From IMG/VR virus record IMGVR_UViG_3300017989_000052: DNA of 60,666 nucleotides; one strand, 5' to 3'. Source of the DNA: a virus. Taxonomy: Duplodnaviria; Heunggongvirae; Uroviricota; Caudoviricetes. Positions 28,785 through 37,556 of this stretch are shown here, piece by piece. The stretch's first letter is position 1. Every line of letters begins with the position of its first letter. A program made the position numbers and the translations under genes. Below the pieces are notes generated by a model. It had not been told where the DNA came from and made no database searches. It saw only the letters and a list, made by a program, of their open reading frames with translations.

Positions 28785-29137
28785 TGTACCAGGTAGTTGT
28801 TGGCGGTGCGCTTGATGGTGCCCCGCAAGAAAAAACTATAGTTGCAACAAAGCCTACTAGGGATATGGTGGCCTTGTTATGTCTTGATTGGGTCCAGAGG
28901 GACGACTTGTGTGATGGCGATGCGATAGTTGGGGTTAAAGAGATTAGGGTGGCGGGAAATAACTTTATAATTCTAGTACAGCTAAGATCCGAGGCGATGG
29001 GTTTAGAGCTTGCGTATTATAAAGTTGAAGTAGAAGAAATAGAAGCCTTTAAGATAGAGCCCTATCTAACACACAAAGTTGAGGCAATTCGTAAGCTCGC
29101 TAAAAGGATACGGGAAGCAGATGAAAAGGGAATTTAA
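28784..29137 (+). CDS. LTH-tag protein (PxxxE subfamily)
   Basis: KPTRDMVALLC; KIEPYLTHKVEAIRKLAKRI. Confidence 0.8.
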   Translation: MYQVVVGGALDGAPQEKTIVATKPTRDMVALLCLDWVQRDDLCDGDAIVGVKEIRVAGNNFIILVQLRSEAMGLELAYYKVEVEEIEAFKIEPYLTHKVEAIRKLAKRIREADEKGI

Positions 29138-29537
29138 TTATTGTCTAAGTGTCCCAGGACTTAAGATAAAGGTCTTCTTCTCAAGGAGACTTGATAGGGA
29201 CGAACTGGAATTGTTTATTCTTGGTCATGCCTATAAGTATTACGAAAAGCTAGGTTTAAGAATAAAAAACCCAAGGTTTTGTATAGAAGGCTACCCAAGA
29301 AAAGATACTCTATATTTTGAGATACCAGATGCCAAAAAGTTTATTGCTTCTAAGTATGAGGTATTTGCTGTTAGGAATAAGGATGAAGAAATAACCCCGA
29401 TACCATTGCCAACAGAATTCTTAACACATGGATGTAAAGAAATAAGAGACCGCGCTAAGCTTATGCTTCAGTGGGCCCCCGAGTTGAGAAGAAGGCGCGA
29501 ACTTTTTGGTGGTTATTTTAGCCCCAGGAATTGTTAA
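29121..29537 (+). CDS. LTH-tag protein
   Basis: LPTEFLTHGCKEIRDRAKLML. Confidence 0.75.
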   Translation: MKREFNYCLSVPGLKIKVFFSRRLDRDELELFILGHAYKYYEKLGLRIKNPRFCIEGYPRKDTLYFEIPDAKKFIASKYEVFAVRNKDEEITPIPLPTEFLTHGCKEIRDRAKLMLQWAPELRRRRELFGGYFSPRNC

Positions 29538-29538
29538 A

Positions 29539-29889
29539 ATGAAACCTTGGTGTATTCGCTTTTTTGAAATCGGAAAGTACCCACTCTTGTCCGATTTCAC
29601 CCGAATTATTGCAAAAAAACCAACACCAGAGGAGCTGCTACTTTGGGTAGTAGAGCAAGTACGATTGAAAAAACTGCTTATTGATTATGCAAGCATAGAG
29701 AAAGCTAAAAAGGATGGCACTTTTAAGATTTGGATTCAAATAAAAGGTCTCTCTCATCCTTCTGGTTTTTCAGTAAACTTAGAAGAAGTAACAATAGACA
29801 CATTTAGCCCTGTTGAGTCCTATCTTACTAACACAGACCCTTATGTTAGGGCACAGGCGAAAAAATGTATTAACAGATGGAGAAATTGA
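29539..29889 (+). CDS. LTH-tag protein (PxxxE subfamily)
   Basis: KPTPEELLLWVVE; PVESYLTNTDPYVRAQAKKCI. Confidence 0.8.
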   Translation: MKPWCIRFFEIGKYPLLSDFTRIIAKKPTPEELLLWVVEQVRLKKLLIDYASIEKAKKDGTFKIWIQIKGLSHPSGFSVNLEEVTIDTFSPVESYLTNTDPYVRAQAKKCINRWRN

Positions 29890-30344
29890 GAATGCTAAAG
29901 TGCCCTGAATATTATATTGATAGCTTGATTAGTCACTACTTGATTAGGGTCTTTATTGGTGCCTATCATTCGGATAATATACTTATGGTAGAAGGTAGCA
30001 CTGAACAGCTCCCACCAATAGGAGAAGCCCATTTGTGGGGTTTAAAATTGACAATACAAACAGTGCTTGTCGTAAAATATCTGGGTACCCAGATAGAGGA
30101 AGATATGCCTCTCGTAAAAGACCCCGTATGCTATTATAGAAACATCGTTAGCAATTTCGAGGTCAAGCATGATCCGCGAGACTGGTTTTTTAGATTAGAG
30201 TGGTTACCCGTTGTGGGAGGGCAGGCTCCAACAAAAATTAGTTTTCCCCGAATAGAAGAATACCTTACACATGAAAGTCCAATAATTAGGAAAGTTGCTA
30301 AAGAATATCAAGTAAGGAATAAATATGGGTTGTTTAACACATAA
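29877..30344 (+). CDS. LTH-tag protein (PxxxE subfamily)
   Basis: LPPIGEAHLWGL; RIEEYLTHESPIIRKVAKEY. Confidence 0.8.
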   Translation: MEKLRMLKCPEYYIDSLISHYLIRVFIGAYHSDNILMVEGSTEQLPPIGEAHLWGLKLTIQTVLVVKYLGTQIEEDMPLVKDPVCYYRNIVSNFEVKHDPRDWFFRLEWLPVVGGQAPTKISFPRIEEYLTHESPIIRKVAKEYQVRNKYGLFNT

Positions 30345-30507
30345 AATAACAATAGAGTTGTCAGCAGATTTTGAAAAGCATTTTAAAAATTGGGGCGTTT
30401 TTACAAAATCGATTCAAACCCCGACACCCCCCAAAAATAATAAGGTTGAGGTTACGCTTGAGGTAGACAACACGAATCTCAAAAACTTGATTAAGAATTT
30501 AAGATGA
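30325..30507 (+). CDS. small hypothetical protein
   Basis: Coupled ORF. Confidence 0.5.
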   Translation: MGCLTHKITIELSADFEKHFKNWGVFTKSIQTPTPPKNNKVEVTLEVDNTNLKNLIKNLR

Positions 30508-30866
30508 AATACCTTCTATCACTTGGAACTTCTTGGCATTCCTCTCTTAAATGGAATATTCTTTATCAAGAAAAACCTTCTAAGGATGAGGTACTTGCCG
30601 CATGCCTTAAGTTTGTAGATTCCTTGGCAAAAGAAGATAAGGAGTTGAAAAAAAGTATTAAAGAAAAACCTTCCTTTGAGATACTAGGAAGATCATACTC
30701 TGATGGGACAATTGTTTTTTATGGGACAGGAAGTTTTTGGTGGAGTGTCTCAGAAATTAAGTTCTCCGAACACAAGCTTGAATCCCTCCTAACTTCGGAT
30801 CTTCCCTGCTTGCGAGACTATGCAAAGAAAAACCTTGAGCGGAAGAAAATGACAAATGAATATTAA
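30504..30866 (+). CDS. LTH-tag protein (PxxxE subfamily)
   Basis: KPSKDEVLAAC; KLESLLTSDLPCLRDYAKKNL. Confidence 0.8.
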   Translation: MKYLLSLGTSWHSSLKWNILYQEKPSKDEVLAACLKFVDSLAKEDKELKKSIKEKPSFEILGRSYSDGTIVFYGTGSFWWSVSEIKFSEHKLESLLTSDLPCLRDYAKKNLERKKMTNEY

Positions 30867-31203
30867 AAAATTCTTAACAGATAAGCATCCTGAAAAACGA
30901 AAGCTAGCAAAACTTATAATCGGGCTTATTAATGATCATGGGTTTAGGGTTCTCAGAAATACAATAACAGATGAGATCCAAACCACTTTAACTAAGGACG
31001 AAAATCCCTTAACGATAGAACTTCGTCTTGGGTGGGCTAAAAGCAGTCGATTATTACGGGGCTTCTCCTGTGAAAAACCAAACATGAAAGTTTCTTTATT
31101 TAAGAACGGATACTATATTGGAGGCTCCGAAAGAGCCTATGGAAAGGTGAAAGAAATAGAAGAAGCCCTTGAAGAAGAAACTTGGTTTTCATTAATTTGT
31201 TAG
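30856..31203 (+). CDS. LTH-tag protein (N-terminal tag)
   Basis: NIKKFLTDKHPEKRKLAKLII. Confidence 0.75.
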   Translation: MNIKKFLTDKHPEKRKLAKLIIGLINDHGFRVLRNTITDEIQTTLTKDENPLTIELRLGWAKSSRLLRGFSCEKPNMKVSLFKNGYYIGGSERAYGKVKEIEEALEEETWFSLIC

Positions 31204-31207
31204 TTGG

Positions 31208-31579
31208 ATGAACAAAATCTATAAAACGAGTGTTATGTGTGGGGAAACACAGTATTTTCCAAAACTCCTCTATACCACAGAGTTATTACTCTGGGCGGTC
31301 CTTCGTCTTAAAAAGACTTTGCCCCCCTCTAAGATAATCCCTCTTAGCGTACACCGTGTTTATAATAAATCGAACCAGTGGTCAGAAGTATCCTTCCAAC
31401 TAAGGGCCTCAGGCAAAGTAACATATTTCATCGCTCTATGCGAATCTATGAACTCCGAAACTTCCCCCACCTCAAGTTTTGAAAAGGAAATGCTCCTGAT
31501 CGGGCGAAGCTTCCTTACAGATAGTTCCTCCTTTTTAAGGGCAAACGCACAAGTGCTTATAGAACGATATGGAAGTTGA
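31208..31579 (+). CDS. LTH-tag protein (PxxxE subfamily)
   Basis: TTELLLWAVL; GRSFLTDSSSFLRANAQVLI. Confidence 0.75.
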   Translation: MNKIYKTSVMCGETQYFPKLLYTTELLLWAVLRLKKTLPPSKIIPLSVHRVYNKSNQWSEVSFQLRASGKVTYFIALCESMNSETSPTSSFEKEMLLIGRSFLTDSSSFLRANAQVLIERYGS

Positions 31580-32001
31580 AAAAGGCAAAAACAAGGATCA
31601 GGGAATTTTTAATGACCATCTTTAAGGCAATGGGGACGAATATTATCGATGAACCGGGGCCAAAAATATTCATAGACCATTTTAACCGATTATTGATTCC
31701 GAAAGAACTATTGCTTTGGAGCTTCTTTAAGGTTAGAGAAGCTTGTAAGCCGTCCCAATTAGCGTTAGAAATGTTGCTAGAAGATTGGAATCATTGGGAC
31801 GCTTCTTCCTTAAGTCTAACAATTAGCTTAAACGAACAAATTTACTGGATGGGGTTAGAGTGTAAGGTAGACGAAGAAGCGTATCCGTTATTCACCTCCC
31901 CACACCCCACGGATGCTTATCTCAAAGATATTGCAAAAAGCTTTCTCACAAGCAATTCAAAGGAATTAAGAAAAGTAGCAAAAGAAGCATTAGAAAAGTA
32001 G
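31576..32001 (+). CDS. LTH-tag protein (PxxxE subfamily)
   Basis: IPKELLLWSFF; AKSFLTSNSKELRKVAKEAL. Confidence 0.8.
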   Translation: MKKAKTRIREFLMTIFKAMGTNIIDEPGPKIFIDHFNRLLIPKELLLWSFFKVREACKPSQLALEMLLEDWNHWDASSLSLTISLNEQIYWMGLECKVDEEAYPLFTSPHPTDAYLKDIAKSFLTSNSKELRKVAKEALEK

Positions 32002-32067
32002 CAACGAATAAGTCCTTGTGTAAATTAATTGTACTTTTAAGGACTTATTTTTAGAAAAGGATACGAC

Positions 32068-32634
32068 ATGAGAAGCATCATTGTACCAATCTTTCTATTG
32101 CTGTTTTGTAGCTGTAATGCCCTAGAATCTGATATCTTGGATGAAGGTTTTCAGGAAGTCGAACATTTTCAAGCACAAGGGCTAGATGGGGAATGGCGAG
32201 ATGCCCGAGAATATTTCGATGCTGAATATAACCCATCATCAGAAAGTGACCCTATTGAGATTTGGAGAGAGTTTCATAAGCGAACCGAGTATGTTGCAGA
32301 CGAGGCAGATGAATGGAGATTTGCCCGAGAAACATACGAAAGCCGCGAAGGAGATTGCGAAGACCAAGCAATCCTGCTTTGCTCAGCTCTATTAAAAGAA
32401 GGATACGATGCCTGGGTAGTTATAGGGCGCACATGGACAACTGGAGAAGAAAGTCTACATGCTTGGGTGATGGTCCGAGAAGACGATAAGACCTATTACT
32501 TCAATCAAACCGCCTATCCTTGGTTTTTCTGGGTAGGACTTGAAGCCTATAACCAACTCTTCCGCCCCGGCTGGAAGATCTATATGGCGATAAACAACGA
32601 AACTATTCTAATGAAACCCGGAGAATGGGACTAA
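32068..32634 (+). CDS. transglutaminase-like cysteine-protease-fold lipoprotein
   Basis: Signal peptide with lipobox-like LFCSC; GDCEDQAILL...HAWVMV. Confidence 0.75.
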   Translation: MRSIIVPIFLLLFCSCNALESDILDEGFQEVEHFQAQGLDGEWRDAREYFDAEYNPSSESDPIEIWREFHKRTEYVADEADEWRFARETYESREGDCEDQAILLCSALLKEGYDAWVVIGRTWTTGEESLHAWVMVREDDKTYYFNQTAYPWFFWVGLEAYNQLFRPGWKIYMAINNETILMKPGEWD

Positions 32635-32635
32635 A

Positions 32636-32932
32636 ATGGTAGTTGAGTATAGAATTTTCGAGTACTGCGGAGGAAATCCCCACCTTAACTTAAATTGTGT
32701 AGCATACTTCTTCCCTGGAGAAATATATATAGACCCGGGACCCGGCAAGCAAGTAATACGGGTCCCGCATTTTTGGACCCTACATACAGAGTGGAAAAGA
32801 AAAATAAAGCAGTTTCTAAGAGGAGAGAACCAGTATTTTAAGGAAATGCCTTGGGGAGCCCAACACCTTACACATAGATGCCCGAAAATAAGAAGGATTG
32901 CAAAGTGGAGACTCAAGCAATATACGAAATAA
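32636..32932 (+). CDS. LTH-tag protein (C-terminal tag)
   Basis: AQHLTHRCPKIRRIAKWRL. Confidence 0.75.
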   Translation: MVVEYRIFEYCGGNPHLNLNCVAYFFPGEIYIDPGPGKQVIRVPHFWTLHTEWKRKIKQFLRGENQYFKEMPWGAQHLTHRCPKIRRIAKWRLKQYTK

Positions 32933-33252
32933 CACTCTGGAAGCAGACCTCTTTGAGAAAAGGCTACACGTATATAAAGCATTGGCCTTCCCCCGAAGAA
33001 GGTCTGGCAATAGCATTAACCTTGCTTGAAGAGTCAAATGAATGCTTGACAGAAATCCTTGAATTGAAGGTAGAACTTAAAAAAGGTAAAATCGTTGCAA
33101 TGAGGGAAAAGGGAGATCCTTGGGTATACCATTGGGGATGGCATCCCGTATGCTATCTTCCAGAGAAAATTCCAAGACTTGAACAACATCTCACCTCCAA
33201 ATCGAAAATTATTAGGGAAGCCGTTAAAGGAGTCTTGGAAAAATGCGGATAA
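32878..33252 (+). CDS. LTH-tag protein (PxxxE subfamily)
   Basis: WPSPEEGLAIAL; RLEQHLTSKSKIIREAVKGVL; start uncertain. Confidence 0.7.
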   Translation: MPENKKDCKVETQAIYEITLWKQTSLRKGYTYIKHWPSPEEGLAIALTLLEESNECLTEILELKVELKKGKIVAMREKGDPWVYHWGWHPVCYLPEKIPRLEQHLTSKSKIIREAVKGVLEKCG

Positions 33253-33509
33253 TTTATAGAAGCGACTACAAACTTTCCAACCCTATAAAAGAAGTGCACT
33301 TTTTCATATTCGAGGATAAGACGTATGAGTTTTATGAGCAAAAGAGCGGGAAAAGATTCTCTATTATGAGACTTGGCCCCTGTAGAGAGGTTGAAGCGTT
33401 TATTAAAAGAGGTTGGCAAGAAATAACAACCTTTCGACAATTTCTAACCCACCCAGATCCAATAATAAGAAAAGCAGCAAAAAAAGGAATTGCAAAGTGT
33501 ATAAAATAA
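33243..33509 (+). CDS. LTH-tag protein (C-terminal tag)
   Basis: FRQFLTHPDPIIRKAAKKGI. Confidence 0.8.
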   Translation: MRIIYRSDYKLSNPIKEVHFFIFEDKTYEFYEQKSGKRFSIMRLGPCREVEAFIKRGWQEITTFRQFLTHPDPIIRKAAKKGIAKCIK

Positions 33510-33754
33510 TTCTATATACGGCACTAATAACAATAGTTCTACTTCTTCCCTGTTGCTTCCCAGAAACAGAAGCATATCCTAATTATATAGAACAATTACC
33601 CCCGAACGCACAGTTCTCAGTTTCCGCAGTAAATGATAGCATTATTTTGACTCTCAAAGTTGGCGATTGGCAAGATATATATGATTGTGGGGACCATGTT
33701 GAAGACGCCGAAAAAAATAGGCTTGCGGAAAGATACGTAAAAGCAAATCGGTAA
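33497..33754 (+). CDS. putative secreted or membrane-anchored protein
   Basis: GTG start; hydrophobic N-terminus IILYTALITIVLLLPCC. Confidence 0.5.
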   Translation: MYKIILYTALITIVLLLPCCFPETEAYPNYIEQLPPNAQFSVSAVNDSIILTLKVGDWQDIYDCGDHVEDAEKNRLAERYVKANR

Positions 33755-33771
33755 CAAAAGGATGGATTGGG

Positions 33772-34101
33772 ATGGTATATCTCTATGCAAAATTCGGTTT
33801 GGGGCTTGTAATACTGTTCTTTATTTATTCAACAATGAAAATGTTAAGAGCAAAAGAAGAGCATAGCAGAGCGTTATGGTGGGGTTATATGTTTTTAGCA
33901 CTAGGATGCGTTGGAGCAGCGGCCCTGGTAGGGTATTTCACAGGCACTCCCCACTATGGATATCTGCTATTGATTGGGTTTGGAATTGGAATATTAGGAC
34001 TTGCGGGAGGAACAATTTATATAGATTTCATACTGAAAGTCGCTAACTCCCTAAGCAAACTGCGAGAGAAAAATGTTCCGGAAAAAAACGATGCTGCCTA
34101 A
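33772..34101 (+). CDS. membrane protein (3 TM)
   Basis: Three hydrophobic segments. Confidence 0.7.
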   Translation: MVYLYAKFGLGLVILFFIYSTMKMLRAKEEHSRALWWGYMFLALGCVGAAALVGYFTGTPHYGYLLLIGFGIGILGLAGGTIYIDFILKVANSLSKLREKNVPEKNDAA

Positions 34102-34291
34102 GTATGAAGACTTCTGGCATCGAGAGTTAAAATCTCTCTGTCGGAGGAGAGGGGTACGAAACAGTAATGCCTCAAAAGAGCAAATGATTGAACGATTATA
34201 TGCATTTGATCTAGACCCCGCTAATCTAACCCACCACAACCCTCATCTCAGAAAACTTTGCAAGGCAAGAAGAGATGAAAAATCTTCATAA
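34091..34291 (+). CDS. SAP/HeH-like domain plus LTH tag
   Basis: ELKSLCRRRGVRNSNASKEQMIERL; PANLTHHNPHLRKLCKAR. Confidence 0.65.
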   Translation: MLPKYEDFWHRELKSLCRRRGVRNSNASKEQMIERLYAFDLDPANLTHHNPHLRKLCKARRDEKSS

Positions 34292-34673
34292 AGCAAATGA
34301 TATGTATCTATTAATAATAGAACATGACCATTACTATCCGTTTCTTGAGCCTATAACTGAAAAACTGTTTTGGAAAGCCTTTTTTGATTATGTGGCCCTA
34401 GAAACAATAGAAGACCAATATCAATATAAAACAATAGAAGTTATTCAATATGAGAAAAAGATAGGATTTAAGAAAAAGGATAAGGTTGATTTTCAGCCAG
34501 ATTGCCGTGGTAGTGTCTTAACCCGAATCTCGGCAGAAGATGGAGAAAGGTACCCACTTAATTATAGTTGGCAAATCCTTAAGCGAGAGGTGAAAGACCT
34601 AATGATAGAACCCCACCTCACTTCAAAACATAAAGCAATCCGGGAACTAGCAAAGAAATTAATAGGAGACTAA
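34275..34673 (+). CDS. LTH-tag protein (PxxxE subfamily)
   Basis: PITEKLFWKAFFDY; IEPHLTSKHKAIRELAKKLI. Confidence 0.8.
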   Translation: MKNLHKANDMYLLIIEHDHYYPFLEPITEKLFWKAFFDYVALETIEDQYQYKTIEVIQYEKKIGFKKKDKVDFQPDCRGSVLTRISAEDGERYPLNYSWQILKREVKDLMIEPHLTSKHKAIRELAKKLIGD

Positions 34674-34674
34674 A

Positions 34675-35013
34675 ATGTTTGAAATATCTCTATATTCCGG
34701 AAATAAACAACAAAGACTAGACCGGGACGTCATGAGGCCCTATATTTGGGTAGAGGCTCTGCCCAGCCCCGCTAAAATCCTACTTTTCTTCCTCAAGCAG
34801 CTCGAGGTTTGGGAGGGGGAAGAAGTAGTGATTCTAAATAAGGAGTGGGAAAAAGTAGAAGATAAATCTTCCCTATACTTCCTATTAGATGGAAGCACTT
34901 ATGAAATTAGAGCCAAAGAGGAATCGAAAATAAAATTGCCTCCGATAGAAGCATATTTAACAGAAACTAGTCGTGAAATAAGAAATATCGCAAAGAAAAG
35001 CCTAAATACATAA
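34675..35013 (+). CDS. LTH-tag protein (PxxxE subfamily)
   Basis: LPSPAKILLFFL; PIEAYLTETSREIRNIAKKSL. Confidence 0.8.
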   Translation: MFEISLYSGNKQQRLDRDVMRPYIWVEALPSPAKILLFFLKQLEVWEGEEVVILNKEWEKVEDKSSLYFLLDGSTYEIRAKEESKIKLPPIEAYLTETSREIRNIAKKSLNT

Positions 35014-35221
35014 TCTCAAATAAATCTCTATTCCTAAAGAACATACATATGTCTAGGGAGAGGTTTGAAGCACGGAATAAACTCTAAACAAAAATAGGTT
35101 ACACCTTAACATAGAATTACGCTCGTAGTACCTTTTAGTTCGATTATATATAGGGAATGCCCAGCTCCTGGAAATATAAAAAGACCCCATCAGGGGAGCG
35201 CAAGGTTTAAGAGAATCGTAA

Positions 35222-35587
35222 ATGGCCCACATATTAATAATCAAGTATGATCCGAAGATAGATTGCGCAAAAACGGATGTCACCTATACTTTTAATGAGC
35301 CCATCACAGAAAAACAGTTTTTGATAGCAATTTTTGAGTATATAGAGAAACATATACAACACACAGAGACCGCAAAAAAAATATTTATAATGTATAACAG
35401 AGAACTAGAATTCAAACCTGAAGGAAAGGGACACGTCCAATTATGGTATGGTACAGATTTTAGAGCAATTAATCTTAGTTGGCAAGTAAGTCTCGCAGAA
35501 ACTGGAGCATTGTCAAAAATAGAGACATATCTTACTTCAAGACATCCAGGGATAAGGTTAGAGGCTAAAAGATTTATCCCAGAATGA
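35222..35587 (+). CDS. LTH-tag protein (PxxxE subfamily)
   Basis: PITEKQFLIAIFEY; KIETYLTSRHPGIRLEAKRFI. Confidence 0.8.
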   Translation: MAHILIIKYDPKIDCAKTDVTYTFNEPITEKQFLIAIFEYIEKHIQHTETAKKIFIMYNRELEFKPEGKGHVQLWYGTDFRAINLSWQVSLAETGALSKIETYLTSRHPGIRLEAKRFIPE

Positions 35588-35621
35588 TATTTTTTTCCAT
35601 ACTCCACCCAGACCCAAACAA

Positions 35622-35984
35622 ATGAAAGAAACAACCGTTTTTACAGTCGTTTGGTTATTCGAAGACGATCGAGATTGGGGATGTGCATACTATAAAGGAG
35701 CACTAGCCGAAGAGGCAGCAGTAGAAGCAATTATCAAAGAAGTTGAAAGTATACTTGATGCCGAAAACTCCTTACCCTATCTTAAAATAGAACTTGATAA
35801 TTTCAATAATACAGTTGTATTGCAGCAAACAAGTAATTCAAAGGTAAGACATATAGATTGGGTAATATCCCCAGTGAGTGAAGATGAGTTATTGGAAACC
35901 AAAGGATTGAAGTCGCTGCTTACACATAAAAGAAAAGATATCAGAGCCATGGCAAAAGGGGAATTGTTCAAACAGAATAAATAA
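35622..35984 (+). CDS. LTH-tag protein (C-terminal tag)
   Basis: GLKSLLTHKRKDIRAMAKGEL. Confidence 0.8.
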   Translation: MKETTVFTVVWLFEDDRDWGCAYYKGALAEEAAVEAIIKEVESILDAENSLPYLKIELDNFNNTVVLQQTSNSKVRHIDWVISPVSEDELLETKGLKSLLTHKRKDIRAMAKGELFKQNK

Positions 35985-35985
35985 A

Positions 35986-36438
35986 ATGTATATCATATTC
36001 ACAGAAATTAAATATTGTACCCAGACAGAAGAACCCCTTAATTGCCACATCTGTATCAAAATTGATAAAGAACAGATAGCTAAGGTGCAGAAGCTAATAG
36101 GCTATGCCCAAGCCCAGAAAAGAGCAATACCCGAGATTAATAATATAGATTTGAATATCAAAGAGATTAATATACGTGAAATCGAAATAAATGCGTGGGA
36201 TGAAGGCGAAAAAGAAATCGCCGAAACATTAGTATATGATGAAGGTTTTATATATACAGAAAAGAACCCATTCCAAAGACTTATTGATGAGAGCGATTAT
36301 ATCTTAAAAGATTACAGAGTACCTAAGATTAGATTAAAGTTTGATAAGGGCCAAGTAATAGTACAACACGAAGTAGAAATCGATGGAGATAAAAGGTATA
36401 TTGATTTAGATTGGGAAAAGATAATAGCAAAAAAGTAA
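35986..36438 (+). CDS. hypothetical protein
   Basis: ORF in array, no tag. Confidence 0.65.
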   Translation: MYIIFTEIKYCTQTEEPLNCHICIKIDKEQIAKVQKLIGYAQAQKRAIPEINNIDLNIKEINIREIEINAWDEGEKEIAETLVYDEGFIYTEKNPFQRLIDESDYILKDYRVPKIRLKFDKGQVIVQHEVEIDGDKRYIDLDWEKIIAKK

Positions 36439-36439
36439 A

Positions 36440-36757
36440 ATGAAAGCATATCTAACAAATAAAATTCCTGAAATACGGAGGTTAGCAAAAAGACTTGCTA
36501 ATGCAGGGGAAAAAGAAACATTAGTAGAGCTAGAAAAAGAGTTGAAGCGCATAATAAAAGAAAGTAAAGCCACACAGGCAAGCCTAAAGCAAAATCAAAA
36601 AATAGTTGAAGCTCAGATCACTGCGGCAATAGAAGGGTGCACTCTCAGCTCAACACAAGTTATAAACATTATGAGAAAAGAAATAGCTCTTCAATTGTTT
36701 TTGAAACAGTTAATAGAATATAGAGATTTACTTGAATCTATCATAAAATCCAAATGA
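36440..36757 (+). CDS. LTH-tag protein (N-terminal tag)
   Basis: MKAYLTNKIPEIRRLAKRLA followed by a coiled coil. Confidence 0.8.
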   Translation: MKAYLTNKIPEIRRLAKRLANAGEKETLVELEKELKRIIKESKATQASLKQNQKIVEAQITAAIEGCTLSSTQVINIMRKEIALQLFLKQLIEYRDLLESIIKSK

Positions 36758-36770
36758 ACACCATTAGAAG

Positions 36771-37184
36771 ATGTATCAACTAAAACTTGAGATAACAGAG
36801 AATGCCAGGTTCTTTGTAGAAATAGTAGAACTCTTAAAAGACGATGCCAAACCCATTCTAAAGATAGAAGACTTCGTAGAACAGAAACCGAAAGAAAAAG
36901 AAGCCGTGCTTTGGATATTAGCTTTAATAGATAAAATATCCGGAAGAAACTTAGAAGCAATAAACATCACAGCCTTTCCCTTACACAGCGATGAAGAAGA
37001 TACCGAGATATTATATGTACAAGCATATTTTAAGAATGGGAATGAAAGTCTCGAGTATATAGCAGAGCTTAGAATAAGAGAAGTTGAAAAAACCATAGAG
37101 TTGAAAAAAGCAGAAACTTTTCTTACCCATAAAAGAGATTGGGTGAGAAAATATTCCAAGAAGTCTAATTGGTTTAAGCCATAA
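36771..37184 (+). CDS. LTH-tag protein (PxxxE subfamily)
   Basis: KPKEKEAVLWIL; KAETFLTHKRDWVRKYSKK. Confidence 0.8.
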   Translation: MYQLKLEITENARFFVEIVELLKDDAKPILKIEDFVEQKPKEKEAVLWILALIDKISGRNLEAINITAFPLHSDEEDTEILYVQAYFKNGNESLEYIAELRIREVEKTIELKKAETFLTHKRDWVRKYSKKSNWFKP

Positions 37185-37194
37185 GGAGAAACCC

Positions 37195-37494
37195 ATGGAT
37201 GTGAAAACACTTTTTCCCCTCACACTAAAAGAACGTCCCGCTACCGGCAAAATCTTTGCATATCAAATGGAAGTCGATGGAATTATTGAAGTCCATATTC
37301 TCCGAAAAAGACTTCCAGTGGATCGCCGGATCGCAGTTGTGAAATTCCCCACTTACGGCTCTCGAGAAAAAGCCCCTTGGGTTGAGTTCACTTCTGTAGA
37401 TCTCGAGGACGAAGCCATTCTTAAAGATGTAAACTTTGTTTCTATTAGACTGCAAAGCCGGAATATTCCATTATGCTCATTTAATCAAGATTAG
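37195..37494 (+). CDS. hypothetical protein
   Basis: AAGGAG RBS. Confidence 0.65.
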   Translation: MDVKTLFPLTLKERPATGKIFAYQMEVDGIIEVHILRKRLPVDRRIAVVKFPTYGSREKAPWVEFTSVDLEDEAILKDVNFVSIRLQSRNIPLCSFNQD

Positions 37495-37556
37495 CTTTAA
37501 GCTATATCCAAGCCTTAGTAGCTAGAAAAAAGCACTAATAGCAATAGGATAGATAA

